The notes under the pieces were generated by a model that was not told the origin of the DNA, made no database searches, and was given only the letters and a program-made list of their open reading frames with translations. DNA of 64,000 nt from Eledone cirrhosa (lineage: Eukaryota): positions 360,282,001 to 360,346,000 of the forward strand of contig OZ024741.1 of assembly GCA_964016885.1 (NCBI GenBank). Reading direction: 5' to 3'. Below are positions 1 through 12,549 of the stretch, one piece after another. Numbering within the stretch: the stretch's first letter is position 1; each line of letters starts with the position of its first letter. The position numbers and the translations under genes are program-made.

Positions 1-2699
1 GCTAAGTTCAGAAATTATTTTAACTTATTAACCACATATATAATTAACTATATAGCCAGCAAATATTCAAGTGGCAGAAACAGTAGAGCACAGGAAAAAT
101 ACTTTGCAATATTTATTTTAGCTCTTTCCATTCAAATGGAGTTCAAATGCCATCAAGGTTAGCTTTACCTTTCATCATTTCGGGGTTGATAAAGTGCCAG
201 TCTAGAACAGTGGCTTGATTGGCAGAAATGCATCCTTGTTCTGCATCCTTGCATTCTGATTTCAAATCCTGCCGTGGTCTACCTGGGTGGCAGTAGACTT
301 CATCCATCACTCAGTTTAACACCACATCTGGTCCTTGGGTGACTTTAGTGGAGTCCACTCTATTGCAAGCATTCAAGTGAGGTCTACTTACAGGATACCT
401 TCCTCACTCCCACCTTTCTTGGACACTCTTAACCTATTTGATATAAAACTGCCTGAAAGCACCCTGGATTTATGATATAAAATTGTTCATTTTAAAATGT
501 TTATCCTTATATTAAAACCCTCCAACATAATTTTACTTTAAAAACTTGACTCTACATTCATTATTGTATTTTTGCAGTAAACACTTTATTTTACATAATA
601 TCGAATCTACAAGAATTTGATATTTATTTTGAGAACAATAGCTTAACATAAGTACGAGCAGTTGGTTATAGCCGGTTTGAACAGAAAGAAGTGAGAGAAT
701 TGTGGCTGTATATGGCCGGTTGGTTTAAATGTTAAAGGGTCAATGTTTTAAATATCAGCTTATTTTATTAAATTCCTCCAAACTTTTGCTTTATTGAAAC
801 CCATCGGTAGTGTATTCCATTAGAAATACAGTAATGTAAGAATTAAAAGGGTCATGAACACTGCCATTCCTTCCCTAACAGTAAAAATAAATAAAAAAAA
901 TCTTGTTGAAAGGAGTCTGACATAGTATGGTGCTACAATTTTAGATATTTGCCAGAGTTAGTAGATAAGGCATTTCTGTAGTTGGGTGCTTGTTCTTCAG
1001 AACTCTCAACATTCAAGCTTCTGTTTTCCATCTAAGTAGTCTGATACAAATAATGACTGAAGACAGCGTTTTTGAAATTACAAATATATAACCATAGATA
1101 TTTAAACATTAAACTTATGTCTGCCACAAAGTTTAGTTTAACTAAGCTCTCAAATAAAGAAATGTTATTTGTACAAACACATTACAAACATTTACATATA
1201 CACCACACACATGTACACATTACACCTACCCACACATACATATTACATTCACATACACATACATATACATAATACACTTCCACACACAAACACACATATA
1301 CAGCCACAAATAAACTCACACCACCCATATAACATAGGCACACGTACAAATGCATACTTATATCACACACACGCACACCAATGATGGTATGCAAGTTAGT
1401 CAAATGTCTAGTGTACTGATGGAGTAGAAACTCAGAGCTGTCATTTTAGCACTGTATATTTGCATGTAAAATATTTTTAAAGATCATTAAGAGTGCGGTT
1501 GAGCTGGGGCATTGAACAACTTTTCCTAAGCCAGTCTCTCTCCGCCATACACACAATTTTACGTACAATATTGTATAGGTGAGATCATCATCACATCAGC
1601 TTTTCCATGCTTGAATGGATTAGGCAGACTTTTTGCTGCCCTTACTGACAAATTCTCTTTTAATTATGTGGAAATATATATATAAATTATTGCAATAAAT
1701 CATTACTCTAGAATTAAACTGTATTAAATTCTTTCTACATATAGATAGTAGTACTAAGTAAAAATTACCCACTGTTATATATATATGTGTGTACACACAC
1801 ACACACACACACACACATATATTGTCTTCAAATTAAATTAAGTCCTGAAAGATGTTACCATCATTACACATATATATATATCATCATCATCATCATCGCT
1901 TAACGTCCATCTTCCACGCTTGCATGGGTTTGGATGGTTATATATAAATCATTAGGCTTTGCTGATAATTTCTTTTGAATGAAACAGTTCTAGTCTTGTA
2001 GAAGCCATTTCTATATTAAACAATGTTTACACTACTAATGTATTGTTACCCCGATATACACACACACACAGATATGCATATGTGCACACAGAGACATATA
2101 AACAGTTTGATTGACAAGACAAAGAATTAGTAATCAAGCCAGTGAATGAAGCATCAAATAAGTCTTCACCAGTTTCAAACACTTTATTATAAATATGTGT
2201 GTAGAGAAAGAGAGAAGGGGGAAGATTACTCTCATTACTGTTAAGTAGAGCAGAATAATATTCAAAGCTGAGTTTGCTTGACCTATATATATATATATAT
2301 TATATATATACACACACAGAGACATACACACGCATATATGCACACATATATAATAATGTAACAAGTAGCAAAAATGAAAATTAAATCATTTTATTCCTCT
2401 AACACATGAGTCAAAGATCAGATTATTTAAAAATATTAATTATATATATAACTAGCAGCCTCCAGGCTTTTGCCCCGATCTGTACTATGTTTAAATATTT
2501 TAAATGTACCTATTGGCATCTATCGTAATGCCCATTTTCGTTGAAATAAAAGATGTCAAAAGGTATATTGGATAACAATTTTAAAAAATTTATTTAGAAT
2601 ACAGAAATTAATAAAGAAAATAATAGACAAATGTATTCTCCCAAAATTATAAAACATTTAGAGAAGGAATCCTCAATCAACAGCAAATGTCTACCAAAG

Positions 2700-3450
2700 A
2701 ACCTGGTTCTGTTCATGCATGCTTTCTTAACGAGGAGAAATTTTCATATGCCACTCCTCCACTTTGCTATTTTGTCTCTGGGTTATACTCAAGCACCCAA
2801 GATTTATTTCCTATTATTACTTTATCCAAGAAATTTAGCTCCATTTTGAATCTTTCTAGCAAATCCTGACAAATTTCCAACAGGTTAACTTTTTTGGCCA
2901 CTAATTTGGCACAAATTTTTCGCATCTGCAAATGGTCTGTTAAAATTCTGTGAACTGCATTTTTATCCGAGACCATTTCTTCTGTAATCATCCTAACATT
3001 TAATTGGCGATGTTTAGCCATCACTGTTTGCACGACTTCCTCATTTTGATAGTTTGTTGATGAGATTGGCATTCAAGAACAAGGTTTATCTTCAACATTT
3101 TCTTGGCCCTCTTTGAAAGCTTTAGGCCACTTAAAAAAAGATTTCCTGATAGAGTGGCATCTACATAAGCTTGTGTTAAAGAATTAAATGTTTTGGTGGC
3201 AGATTTGTTGAGTCTCTCACAAAATTTGATTGTATACCATTGTTTGATATTTTCCTGTATCGCTAATGTAACAGAGGTTATAAACACATTTGTACATAAA
3301 CAGCAATAACTCATAACTGGCTCAATCGATCGTGTTAAAACATGTTCAGCCCAGGTTATAGCTAAGATGCCTATATACATCAACGAAGTGTTGTGTTATC
3401 ATGTCATGCATAGGAAAATCAGTACCCTTACTTTTGGGATAAACCTCATA
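2700..3450 (-). mobile_element. Mariner (DD34D) transposon, 5' portion, decayed
   Basis: ORFs 3021..3383 (IKFCERLNKSATKTFNSLTQAY, HTH) and 2767..3072 (RILTDHLQMRKICAKLV, WVLEYNPETK). The end cccttacttttgggataaacctcaTA (~3425-3450) is a TIR with TA. Confidence 0.85.
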
Positions 3451-3457
3451 TATCACC

Positions 3458-3842
3458 TCATCATCATCATCACCGTTTTATGTCCGTTCTTCCACGCTTG
3501 CATGGGTTAGACAGGTTGTCCTGCTGTGGGCAGTGTCCGGTCAGCTGACCTTGTTTTGCTCTACAGCTGGATGCCCTTCCAAACACCAACCTCATTTACA
3601 GTGAATGCTGGGTGCTTTTTTCCCGTGGCACCTACACGTCCACTTTACAGTGTGGACTGGGTGCTTTTTTGCCGTGGCACCTCCACGACCACTTTGTAGT
3701 GGAATGATAGGGACTCCATCTCATTTCTACAGCTGAGTAAAATAAAGTATCTTGCTCAAGGAAACAACACATCACCCGGTCCAAGAATTGAACTCACAAT
3801 CTTTCGATTGCAATGCTCTAACAACTAAGCCATGCGCCTTCA
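3458..3842 (-). mobile_element. tRNA-derived SINE with an alternative RTE tail
   Basis: Head and body as above (with small deletions); the terminal ~100 bp match the 3' end of the long RTE at 19681. Confidence 0.82.
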
Positions 3843-6060
3843 CTAGAAATATCATATAAATATCATTTTAAAGTATATTTTAAGAGTTAGAAAACATCAG
3901 TATCTGAATAAACATAATAATAGAGTATAGCTCTATTTTTCTTTTTAACTCTTAAAATCCTTTATCACATGAAACCACATTAGCAAGACATTTGTGTACA
4001 AAACAGCCAGCACTGTCTGCATCACATTGAAAATTAAAGTCTTTATTTCAGTTTACTGGAAATTGATATACCACTAATAAAAATACTATAAACATTTTTA
4101 GATATTTTCTGCTAAATCACAATAGAAGAGTTAATTATTGTTTCTACTTTCAACAGAGCACAAAATGTCTTGAACAAATTTCTTCCATTTATCGTTTGTT
4201 GTCAGAGTTCTACCCACTATAGACATTGAGACCATTTTAGAATCTATTTCCAATAGAAATAAGAAAAATATAAGGACATAGTTTTTTTTCATATTCATAG
4301 CACAATGCTTTACACCTGAAGCTATATAATTAGTAAGGTAAATACAAAGCAGACAGATATTTTCTGCTTGACAAAAAACACAAAAAATAAGCTCAATCTG
4401 TTACTTCATATGTTGGCAAATAAAAAAAAAAAAAAAAGAGAGAAAAAAAATTCAATTAATGTGAACAAACTTCAAAGATAATTGCTTAATGACTAAAATA
4501 ACACTGTTTATCCTTGATGCAATACATTTTCAATACAACTGAATAACAAAGGTACAAACAGCATGATATAATTAGTAGTTAAGATATAGAGTACGCCAAG
4601 GAAGTAGAGGGGTGATACTGCATCATTGAAATGGCAATGGCATTTTGAGATATGAATGTAAATAAACATAGGAAACATTAACCCTTTTGATACTACACCA
4701 CCTGAAATTACCCTTGGTTCTACAATACTAAGCTGTTTTATCATCATCACCATTTAATGTTTGTTTTCCCTGCTAGCAAGTGTTAGATATGTCATCACAG
4801 ATTGGTCAGTACTCATGTGGAGCCCCTGACGTCTGGGTAGGTTGGGGCCCAACATAATAACACACTCTACTGAATGCATCTTATTGTGGCAGCAACACTA
4901 GGGAAGTTGTCATTTACATAAAAACCTATCATAATTTTATGTAAGAACCTTTATTAAGTTCTAAATACCTGCTTAATAATGAGGAAATTAGATATATTAC
5001 TGTATTTATGTTTGGTCCTGTTACTCTTGTAGAGGTTCCATATTGACACATGGCGTTTCTAGGACATTTTTTAAAACCTGGTAGAGCCCATCTCCTCTCC
5101 ATGTTTTCTCCCAGAGAAGGATAGAAAGAGTGATAGAATAGAAGTAAGAAAAGGATACTGAGGAATAATCAACTTTAGTACTAGACTGGTACTTTTTTTA
5201 ATCAACCTTGAATGGATGAACAGCAAAGTTGGCCTCGGCAGGTTTTGAACTCAAAATACTGAAGCAAATACCAAAAGGCATTTTTTCTAATGTTCAAATG
5301 ACTGCTCATTTGCTGTGTTAATTATATTACTAAATCTTTCCAAATTCTTGATTATTTTTAAAACTGTTAAAAAATCATAGTTAATGTCTTTCATTAGAAA
5401 CATGGTTAATGCATAGTGTATATGGGGTAAGGAGATACAGCAACACTGGAATGGCAACAGCATGAGATGTGTAAATGTAAATAAACATAGGAAACAATTT
5501 GTGAATTAAATTTACAAACTTAGAAAGTGGAACCTAGTTCAGCATGTAAAATAAATGGTGTTAGAGAGTTGGTATTGTGTAAGCAAGCTGGCTAATGTTG
5601 TGATAAATGTTTAGATGCATGCCTGTATGTTTACAGCAATGCTACAGTTAATAGGTTCAAAAATGCCTTCACAGCAAGCAGTGCATTCGTTCAAGTAAAC
5701 CAAGAAAGCTGGAAGAAATAATAACCATTATTTTGCTATCCTGGTATGAAGTAATGCCAGATGACAAACTCTTTCCTAAATTGAACAAGACTGTCTCATT
5801 TCTTTCTTTTGCAGAACAGCATAAATATGCATTTTGCTACTCAGGAAATCTAACTGTAAATAAGCACTATCAGCCAGTATAGATTTCTACTTTAACCCTT
5901 TCATTATATTTCTAAGGAAATTCACTGCCTATTATTTTCAAATCATTTTAAGAATAATCAAGAATTTGGAGGGATTTAATAATATAAGTAACTTTTTGAT
6001 TAATTTAGTGTTTGAAATATAACATAAAATTATGATGGAAGGATTTTAGATAAATATAGA

Positions 6061-7705
6061 CATCATCATCATCATCGTTTAACGTCCATCTTCCACGCTT
6101 GCATGGGTTTGGACGGGAGGATTCCCACTTGAGGCAAGATTTGTTGTCCTGCTCGTATAGCACTGTCTGGCGGGTTTTCTACGGCTGGATGCCCTTCCTA
6201 ACACCAACCACGTTTACAGTGTGGACTGGGAGGTTTTTACCGTGTTACCTACACGGCCACATTACAGCGTGGACTGTGTATTTTTTTGTCGTGACACCTA
6301 CACGACCTCGTTTCGGACTGGATGTTGTGGTACCAACATAACTTCACATTTAAGGGGATGGTGTGGATGGTGTGGGGGTAGTGGGACGGGGGGGAGGGGG
6401 TATTTTGTTAGAGGTGCCTACTGACTGTAGGTTTCGCTTTGTACTTAGGCAAGGCGAGTCTTCTGTACGACTGTGTAGCGCCAAAGATCTCGGTTCAGTG
6501 ACATTGTCTTGGAGAGGTGTAAGTGTGTGAAGTCGGAATTTATCAAGTCATCCCAGGTTTTTCTGGGTCTGCCTACTCCATGGCTACCGTCTATTTTTAT
6601 CGCCCTGCACTTTTTTATACAGCTGTCGTCTTTCTTGCGCATCACGTGACCATACCAACGTAGTCTTCTTTCGAGTAAACAACATCTGATCCCTCTTATT
6701 TCTAATTTCTCCCTTAGTTCGTTTATGCTCTGCCGTTCATGTATATTACTATTACACATCCAGCGGAGCATGCAAGCTTCGTTTCTCTCCAGTCTGCATA
6801 TATCCTCTGCACACAATGCCCAGGTCTCACTGCCATGTAACATTGCTGTTCGTATGCAGGCATCATACAGCCTGCCTTTCATTTTTAGAGAGAACCCTTT
6901 AGCGGCCAATAGTGGTATAAGCTCTCTGAACTTTTTCCATCCCGTTCTGACTCTAGCTAATGTACTTTCAGAGCACCCTCCCCCACTGCTGATTTTGTCA
7001 CCCAGGTAACGGAAGGTGTCCACTATTTCTATAGTACCATCTGTGCAATGGAATGAGCTAGTATTCTGTGGGCACTTGCTGCTACTTATTGCACCAGAGC
7101 ACCGGCCACATATAAAATCTATATTCTTAGTTAGCTTACCTGTGATCCCACTACATCTTTTATGCACCCATACTTTGCATTTGGGACATAAAATGGAGTT
7201 TCTGCCTACTCCTTTCCTACACACTGAGCATGGCCATTTTCCAGATGGGACCGGTGCCCTATTTTCCTTCCTACAAACTAGAACTTTAGTCTTAGACAAG
7301 TTAACTTTAAGGCCTTTTGATTCTAGGCCATGCTTCCATGTTTGGAATTTCTTCTCTAGTTCAGCCATTGATTCAGCTATGAGCGTTAGATCATCTGCAT
7401 ATAGGAGTCTGTTATAGCCTGAAGGGCAATAATAAATAGTAGGGGGCTAAGAACGGAGCCCTGATAAACACCAACTTTTACGCTAAACTCTTCACTATAT
7501 TCGTTGTTAATTCTAACCTTGCTGACTGTTTCTTTATACATGGCTTGTATAGCTCTCACAAGCCATTCATCAACACCTAGTTTTCTAAGCGCCCACCAGA
7601 TAATGGAGCGGGGGACTCTGTCATAGGCTTTCTCCAAGTCAACAAAAGCTAAGTATAAGGGTTTACTTTTAGCTAGGTACTTCTCTTGTAGTAGTCGTAG
7701 AATGA
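6061..7705 (-). mobile_element. 5'-truncated RTE LINE (second subfamily), RT C-terminal half
   Basis: ORFs 7386..7637 (EKAYDRVPR, GVYQGSVLSPLLF) and 6445..7368 (PHD-like finger, FRYLG, RLRWYGHV, GRPRKTW). YADD at 7390-7401. A small deletion/frameshift near 7405. (CAT)n tail at 6061. Confidence 0.93.
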
Positions 7706-8057
7706 AAAGATCCCGCCGAGGTTAACTTTGCCTTACACATAATTCTCAGATTCAGCATGACAATGTATGTGACAAAGTTGGTTCATTGAACTTCAGGTAT
7801 AACTCAGCACTGGAGCAAATAAAGTTTCTTGCTGCCAGGAATCGAAATCCTGACCTAATGATCATGAGCCAAAAACCTTAACCACTAAGCCATGCACTAT
7901 CACCAAGACCTATATATATATGTATGTATGAGCAAGACAAGGTCAGCCGACTGGATACTGCTCACAACAGGACAACCCGTCTAATCCATGCTAGCATGGA
8001 AGAACGGATGTAAAATGGTGGTGATGATGATGATGATGATATATAATCCTCATATAG

Positions 8058-8102
<45 letters not shown>

Positions 8103-8393
8103 GGAGGCACATGGCTTAGTGGTTAGAGCATTGGCCTTGCAATCGAAAGGTTGTGAGTTCAATTCTCAGACCAGGTGATGTGTTGTTTCCTTGAGCAAGA
8201 CACTTTATTTCACATTGCTCCATCATTCCACTGTAAAGTGGTCGTGGAGGTGCCACGGAAAAAAAGTACCCAGCACTCACTATAAATGAGGCTGGTGTTA
8301 GGAAGGGCATCCAGCTGTAGAAATCAAGCCAGAATCAGTTCCCGTCCCACCCTTGCAAGCAGGGAAAAGCAGACGTAAAATGATGATGATGAT
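8103..8393 (+). mobile_element. tRNA-derived SINE (CORE/Meta-like body) with an RTE-derived 3' tail
   Basis: A-box TGGCTTAGTGG, B-box GAGTTCAATTC, body CCTTGAGCAAGACACTTT, and a tail matching the RTE 3' UTR ending in (GAT)n; flanked by (TA)n. Confidence 0.88.
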
Positions 8394-9254
8394 ATATATA
8401 TATATATATTCCTCATATAGTATATATATATATATATATATATATATTCCTTATATAGTATACGAAAGGTGTGAGCAAGATGTGGTTCCCCAACTCATCT
8501 GGTCTTAGATCATTACAATCTGTCCAGCATGGAAAAGAAATGTATGACGATGATGCTAAAAACTAAAAAAACTACTATCTGTATAATAGCACTTCTAAAG
8601 CTAAGTCTATCCCTGTCCTTATCTTCTCCCTAGTAGACTTGTGCCATATACTAACCTACCTTACCCTAACTCTCCTCCTCCATCTTTCACACATTTTATG
8701 TCTTACAGCCCACATATTCAACCAATGATCAGTGAAGTTAGATCTTCTTCAATGTTAATCTCATTAACTTCCCTACCTTACATCCTATCCTAAAGTAAAT
8801 ATCATAAAGAGACTTTCAAGACTCTTCTAGATTCTTCAAAGATTCTTCAACTTCTCCCTCCACTTGCTTCACTTACTCCAATGATGGCACTCTATAAAAG
8901 CTGACAAATATATCACAAGTTTGGAATTCTCTATTAAGACAAGGGAATGGGTTGAGAGAAAGGAAGAAAAAACAGTTCCATGTGTATGCAATTAGCTTGC
9001 TAGACACCTTTCATTTTGTATTTTCCACTCCTTTTATAGACACACCGATTCAAAAGTCACTGGCTTATTTCATACTATTTGAAATCTTTTAATTAAAAAC
9101 TTTCAAAAATAAATATGCAACAACAAAAACACAAAACAAAAAAACATAATCAGTGTGTGTGTGTGTGCGTGTGTGCATGTGAGAGAAGGGGGAGAGTATG
9201 GATATGTATATGTATGTACAGGATTGTGTAGAAACCTGGATTTTTTTTACCTAC

Positions 9255-9292
<38 letters not shown>

Positions 9293-9294
<2 letters not shown>

Positions 9295-9371
9295 AAGGCT
9301 GTCCCCCAAATATGTATACACTTCAAAAGCATCCTAATCAAAGTGTGCATACATTATTTTGGACACCCAGT

Positions 9372-9372
<1 letters not shown>
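9293..9372. mobile_element. ~80-bp Tc1/mariner-type mini-MITE (foldback)
   Basis: Imperfect inverted repeats ggctgtcccccaaatatgtatacactt ... aagtgtgcatacattattttggacaccc, flanked by TA and lying between (TG)n and (TA)n. Confidence 0.55.
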
Positions 9373-9403
<31 letters not shown>

Positions 9404-9778
9404 TATATATATATATATATATATAAATGAGAGAGAGAGTCTGTGTGTGTGCGTGCATGCACAAAAACATTTTACAAAATATTTGTGTAGATATACAAAA
9501 CAAATAATGAAAATGCACCTTGAGTACATGAGCACAAACACCGCCTATCCCTGCCCCCACAGAAATTTATCAATCAAATGAGTTCATTAAGAATACAAAT
9601 AATTAAGAGTATGTTTTTTTATGTACATATAAGTAGAGATGTGTCTTATGAATCAAGCCCTCATCATCATCATCAGAGAGATGAGATAAACAGGATATAT
9701 GATCACTTCCATACTATGATAATTACTAGTCTTCATAAACATCTTTTTAAAGATCAAAGGCAGAGTGTTGTTATTATT

Positions 9779-9977
9779 TTGGCAGTATCGGTAGAAGGTC
9801 GGACGCCATGTTTTGTAGCATACTTATGGCCCTTTATGGTCTGAGTTCAAATCCCGCCGAGGTTAACTTTGCCTTTCGTCCTTATGGGGTCGATAAAATA
9901 AAGTACCAGTCACGCACTGGGGTCGATTTAATCGACTTTCCCCTCCCCCTTGTGCCTATATAAGAAACCATTATTAG
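9779..9977 (+). mobile_element. Second SINE family with a Nin/Deu-like central domain
   Basis: B-box-like GAGTTCAAATCCC, followed by TTTGCCTTTCGTCCTTATGGGGTCGATAAAATAAAGTACCAG, and an (ATT)n tail. Other copies at ~65-215, 5165-5320, 15335-15430, 28670-28755, 32555-32740, 46600-46655 and 60765-60912. Confidence 0.8.
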
Positions 9978-10086
9978 TGCCGCTATTACTTTAACAAATG
10001 GAGTCTGGGAGTGAAATGTTAATGACAAGTTTTGCCTTTATTCTTTTACATTCCCAGACTCCATTTGTTAAAGTAGTAGCAGCACT

Positions 10087-10287
10087 AATAATAATAATTG
10101 TTTCTACTTTTGGCACAAGGCCAGCAATTACCCAGCAATTACCCAGTGTATTACTGGTACTTTATTTTATCGACCTCATAAGGATGAAAGGCAAAGTTAA
10201 CCTCGGCGGGATTTGAACTCAGAATGGAAAGGGCCGTAACTCAATGCGTCAAAGCATGGCGTCCGACCCTCTACCAATACTGCCAAT
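10087..10287 (-). mobile_element. Nin/Deu-like SINE, inverted relative to 9779-9977
   Basis: The reverse complement matches 9779-9925 closely; (AAT)n tail at 10087. Confidence 0.82.
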
Positions 10288-11036
10288 AATAATAATAATA
10301 ATAGACTGTGGCCAAGCTAGAGCAAAGTCTTTAAGGGATATAGTTGATCATATCAACCCCCAGTACCTATGTTTCTCAAGTATGGCAATTATTTTATCCA
10401 TCTCTCTTTGTCAAATCTTCACATTATGAGACAAACAACTACAAGCATAAACAGACATACACACTCATGAGGTATTGATCAACCTGAGACTATAGAAGAT
10501 ACTTTCCCTAGGTACCATGAAGTAGAACAGAACCTGAAACCATATATGGTTGCAAAGTAAACTGCCTAACCATACACGTGTGTGTGTGTGTGTGTGAGTG
10601 TGAGAGTGAGACTGAAAGTGTGAGAGTGAGTGAGTGAGTGAGAGAGAGAGAGAGAGAGTGAGTGAGTGAGAGTGTGCATGCAGATATATTCCGTTGCTGG
10701 CTCTTGGGTACCTTTAACAGGGTCCACATTGTTGCAAGTATTGACATCAGGTCTCTAAACATATGAGCCATTGTTTTGCTCTCTCTTCTCTTCACCAGTC
10801 TCAGAGAGCCAGCAGAAAAAGTCATGCGCACTGAACTTCTATCACTGACTACAAGTGTTTTAAGGCCATCTTCCCTGATAAAACCTTGCAGGCCTCATGA
10901 CAAGCTTCATGTCTGTATTCAATCACTAATCACTGTGTGATATCTAGAGTATCATTTACTATAACCTCTAGTTAACCCAAGCCTTGAGAGAGAAAGCAGG
11001 AAAACGGGGACTGTTCAGAAGCCCATTGAATGGACT

Positions 11037-11695
11037 CATCATCATCATCATCATCGTTTAACATCCATCTTCCACGCTTGCATGGGTTTGGACGGGAGTT
11101 TTCCCACTTGAGGCAAGATTGGTTGTCTTGCTCGTATAGGACTGTCTGGCGGGTTTTCTACGGCTGGATGCCCTTCCTAACACCAACCACATTTACAGTG
11201 TGGACTGGGAGGTTTTTAGCGTGTTACCTACACAGCCACATTACAGCGCGGATTGTGTTTTTTTTTCGTGACACCTACACGACCTCATTTATTTCGGACT
11301 GGATGTTGTGGTACCAACATAACTTTACATCGAAAGGGGTGGTGTGGATGGGATGGGGGTGATGAGACAGGGGTGTATTTTTGTTAGAAGTGCCTACTGA
11401 CTGTAGGTTTCGCTTTGTACTTAGGCAAGGCGGGTCTTCTTCTGTATTACTGTGTAGTGCCAAAGATCTCGGTCCAGTGACATTGTCTTGGAGAGGTGTA
11501 AATGTGTGAGGTCGGAATTTATCAAGTCGTCCCAGGTTTTTCTGGGTCTGCCTACTCTGTGGCTACCGTCTATTTTTATCGCCCTGCACTTTTTTATACA
11601 GCTGTCGTCTTTCATGCGCATCACGTGACCGTACCAACGTGGTCTTCTCTCGAGTAAACAACATCTGACCCCTCTTATTCCTAATTTCTCCCTTA
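11037..11695 (-). mobile_element. Short 5'-truncated RTE copy, same subfamily as 6061-7705
   Basis: Nearly colinear with 6061-6718 (3' UTR and C-terminal ...DSCIKKCRAIKIDGSH.VGRPRKTWDDLIN...TRLA); (CAT)n tail. Confidence 0.92.
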
Positions 11696-12169
11696 GGACT
11701 GTACCTGTAATTTCAAAAGGACAACCTTGTCACACAATGTCACCCTGCATTTCTCCGAGAATTAAGTCATGGAGTATATATGTCTTCATATATAGCTCTG
11801 AAAGCAAAAGATGGAATTTTGTCATGGCACCTACACAACCACTTGACTGTGTGGACAAGGCATTTTTTGTTGTGACATCTACCCAACCACTTTACAGTGT
11901 GGATTGAGGACTGAGGTGGGGGAAGTACGTAGGGATTGACAAGGGAGATCTAGGGTGGGGCACTTATCTGGTGATGGGTGGGGGTGGGGGGATAGGGTGG
12001 AGTTGTAGGGGCATGGATGGAAGGTGGGGTGTTAAGACATGGGAGGTGTATGGAAGAGGGAGGGGAAGGCAGTGTGTATAATATGTATGCTTCAACCCAT
12101 GTGCATGGGAAGGTGGGTCTTCTGTATTACTGCATAACACCAGAGATTCGATTTTGTGCCATTGCCTTC

Positions 12170-12549
12170 GAAAGGTGCAATTATGCAAGCAGAATACACC
12201 TGCTCACTTACAATTAGAGAATTTCTGGTGAAAAACACTCCCAGTCTTCCACATCCTTCCTACAGAACAGGTCTAGCCCCATGTGATTTCTACCTTTTCT
12301 CTCAGTTGAAATTGATGTTAAAAGGTCATTATTTTGGAACCGTCAAAAACATACAAAAAGTTCTAGCCGACGAGCTAAGGACACTCACAGAAAATGACTT
12401 CCTCTACTGCTACAATAAAAAAACATTAGAACCTCTGTGTGACTTCCCAAGGGTCATATTTTGAAGGAGATAACTTGTAATTTCATGTGCATCTAATATA
12501 CATTTAAATAAAACCTCAGTGCCCTTACTTTTGGGACAAACTTTGTATA
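12170..12549 (+). mobile_element. Mariner transposon, 3' portion with TIR
   Basis: LPHPSYRTGLAPCDFYLFSQLKLMLKG is a variant of the mariner YSPDLAP.D motif. The terminal cccttacttttgggacaaactttgTA (~12522-12547) matches the TIR of the 2700-3450 fragment. Confidence 0.85.

Noticed and set aside
1072-2364. ORFs rich in HT/YI/CV dipeptides (also 9150-9581, 15892-16135, 35292-35683, 40951-41230, 53187-53465, 55886-56242)
   Set aside because: These are translations of (CA)n, (TA)n and (GA)n microsatellites.
8103-8175. tRNA-like sequence (also at 60971 and 42288)
   Set aside because: The anticodon and acceptor stems do not pair, and the sequence continues into a SINE body; it is a SINE head, not a tRNA gene.
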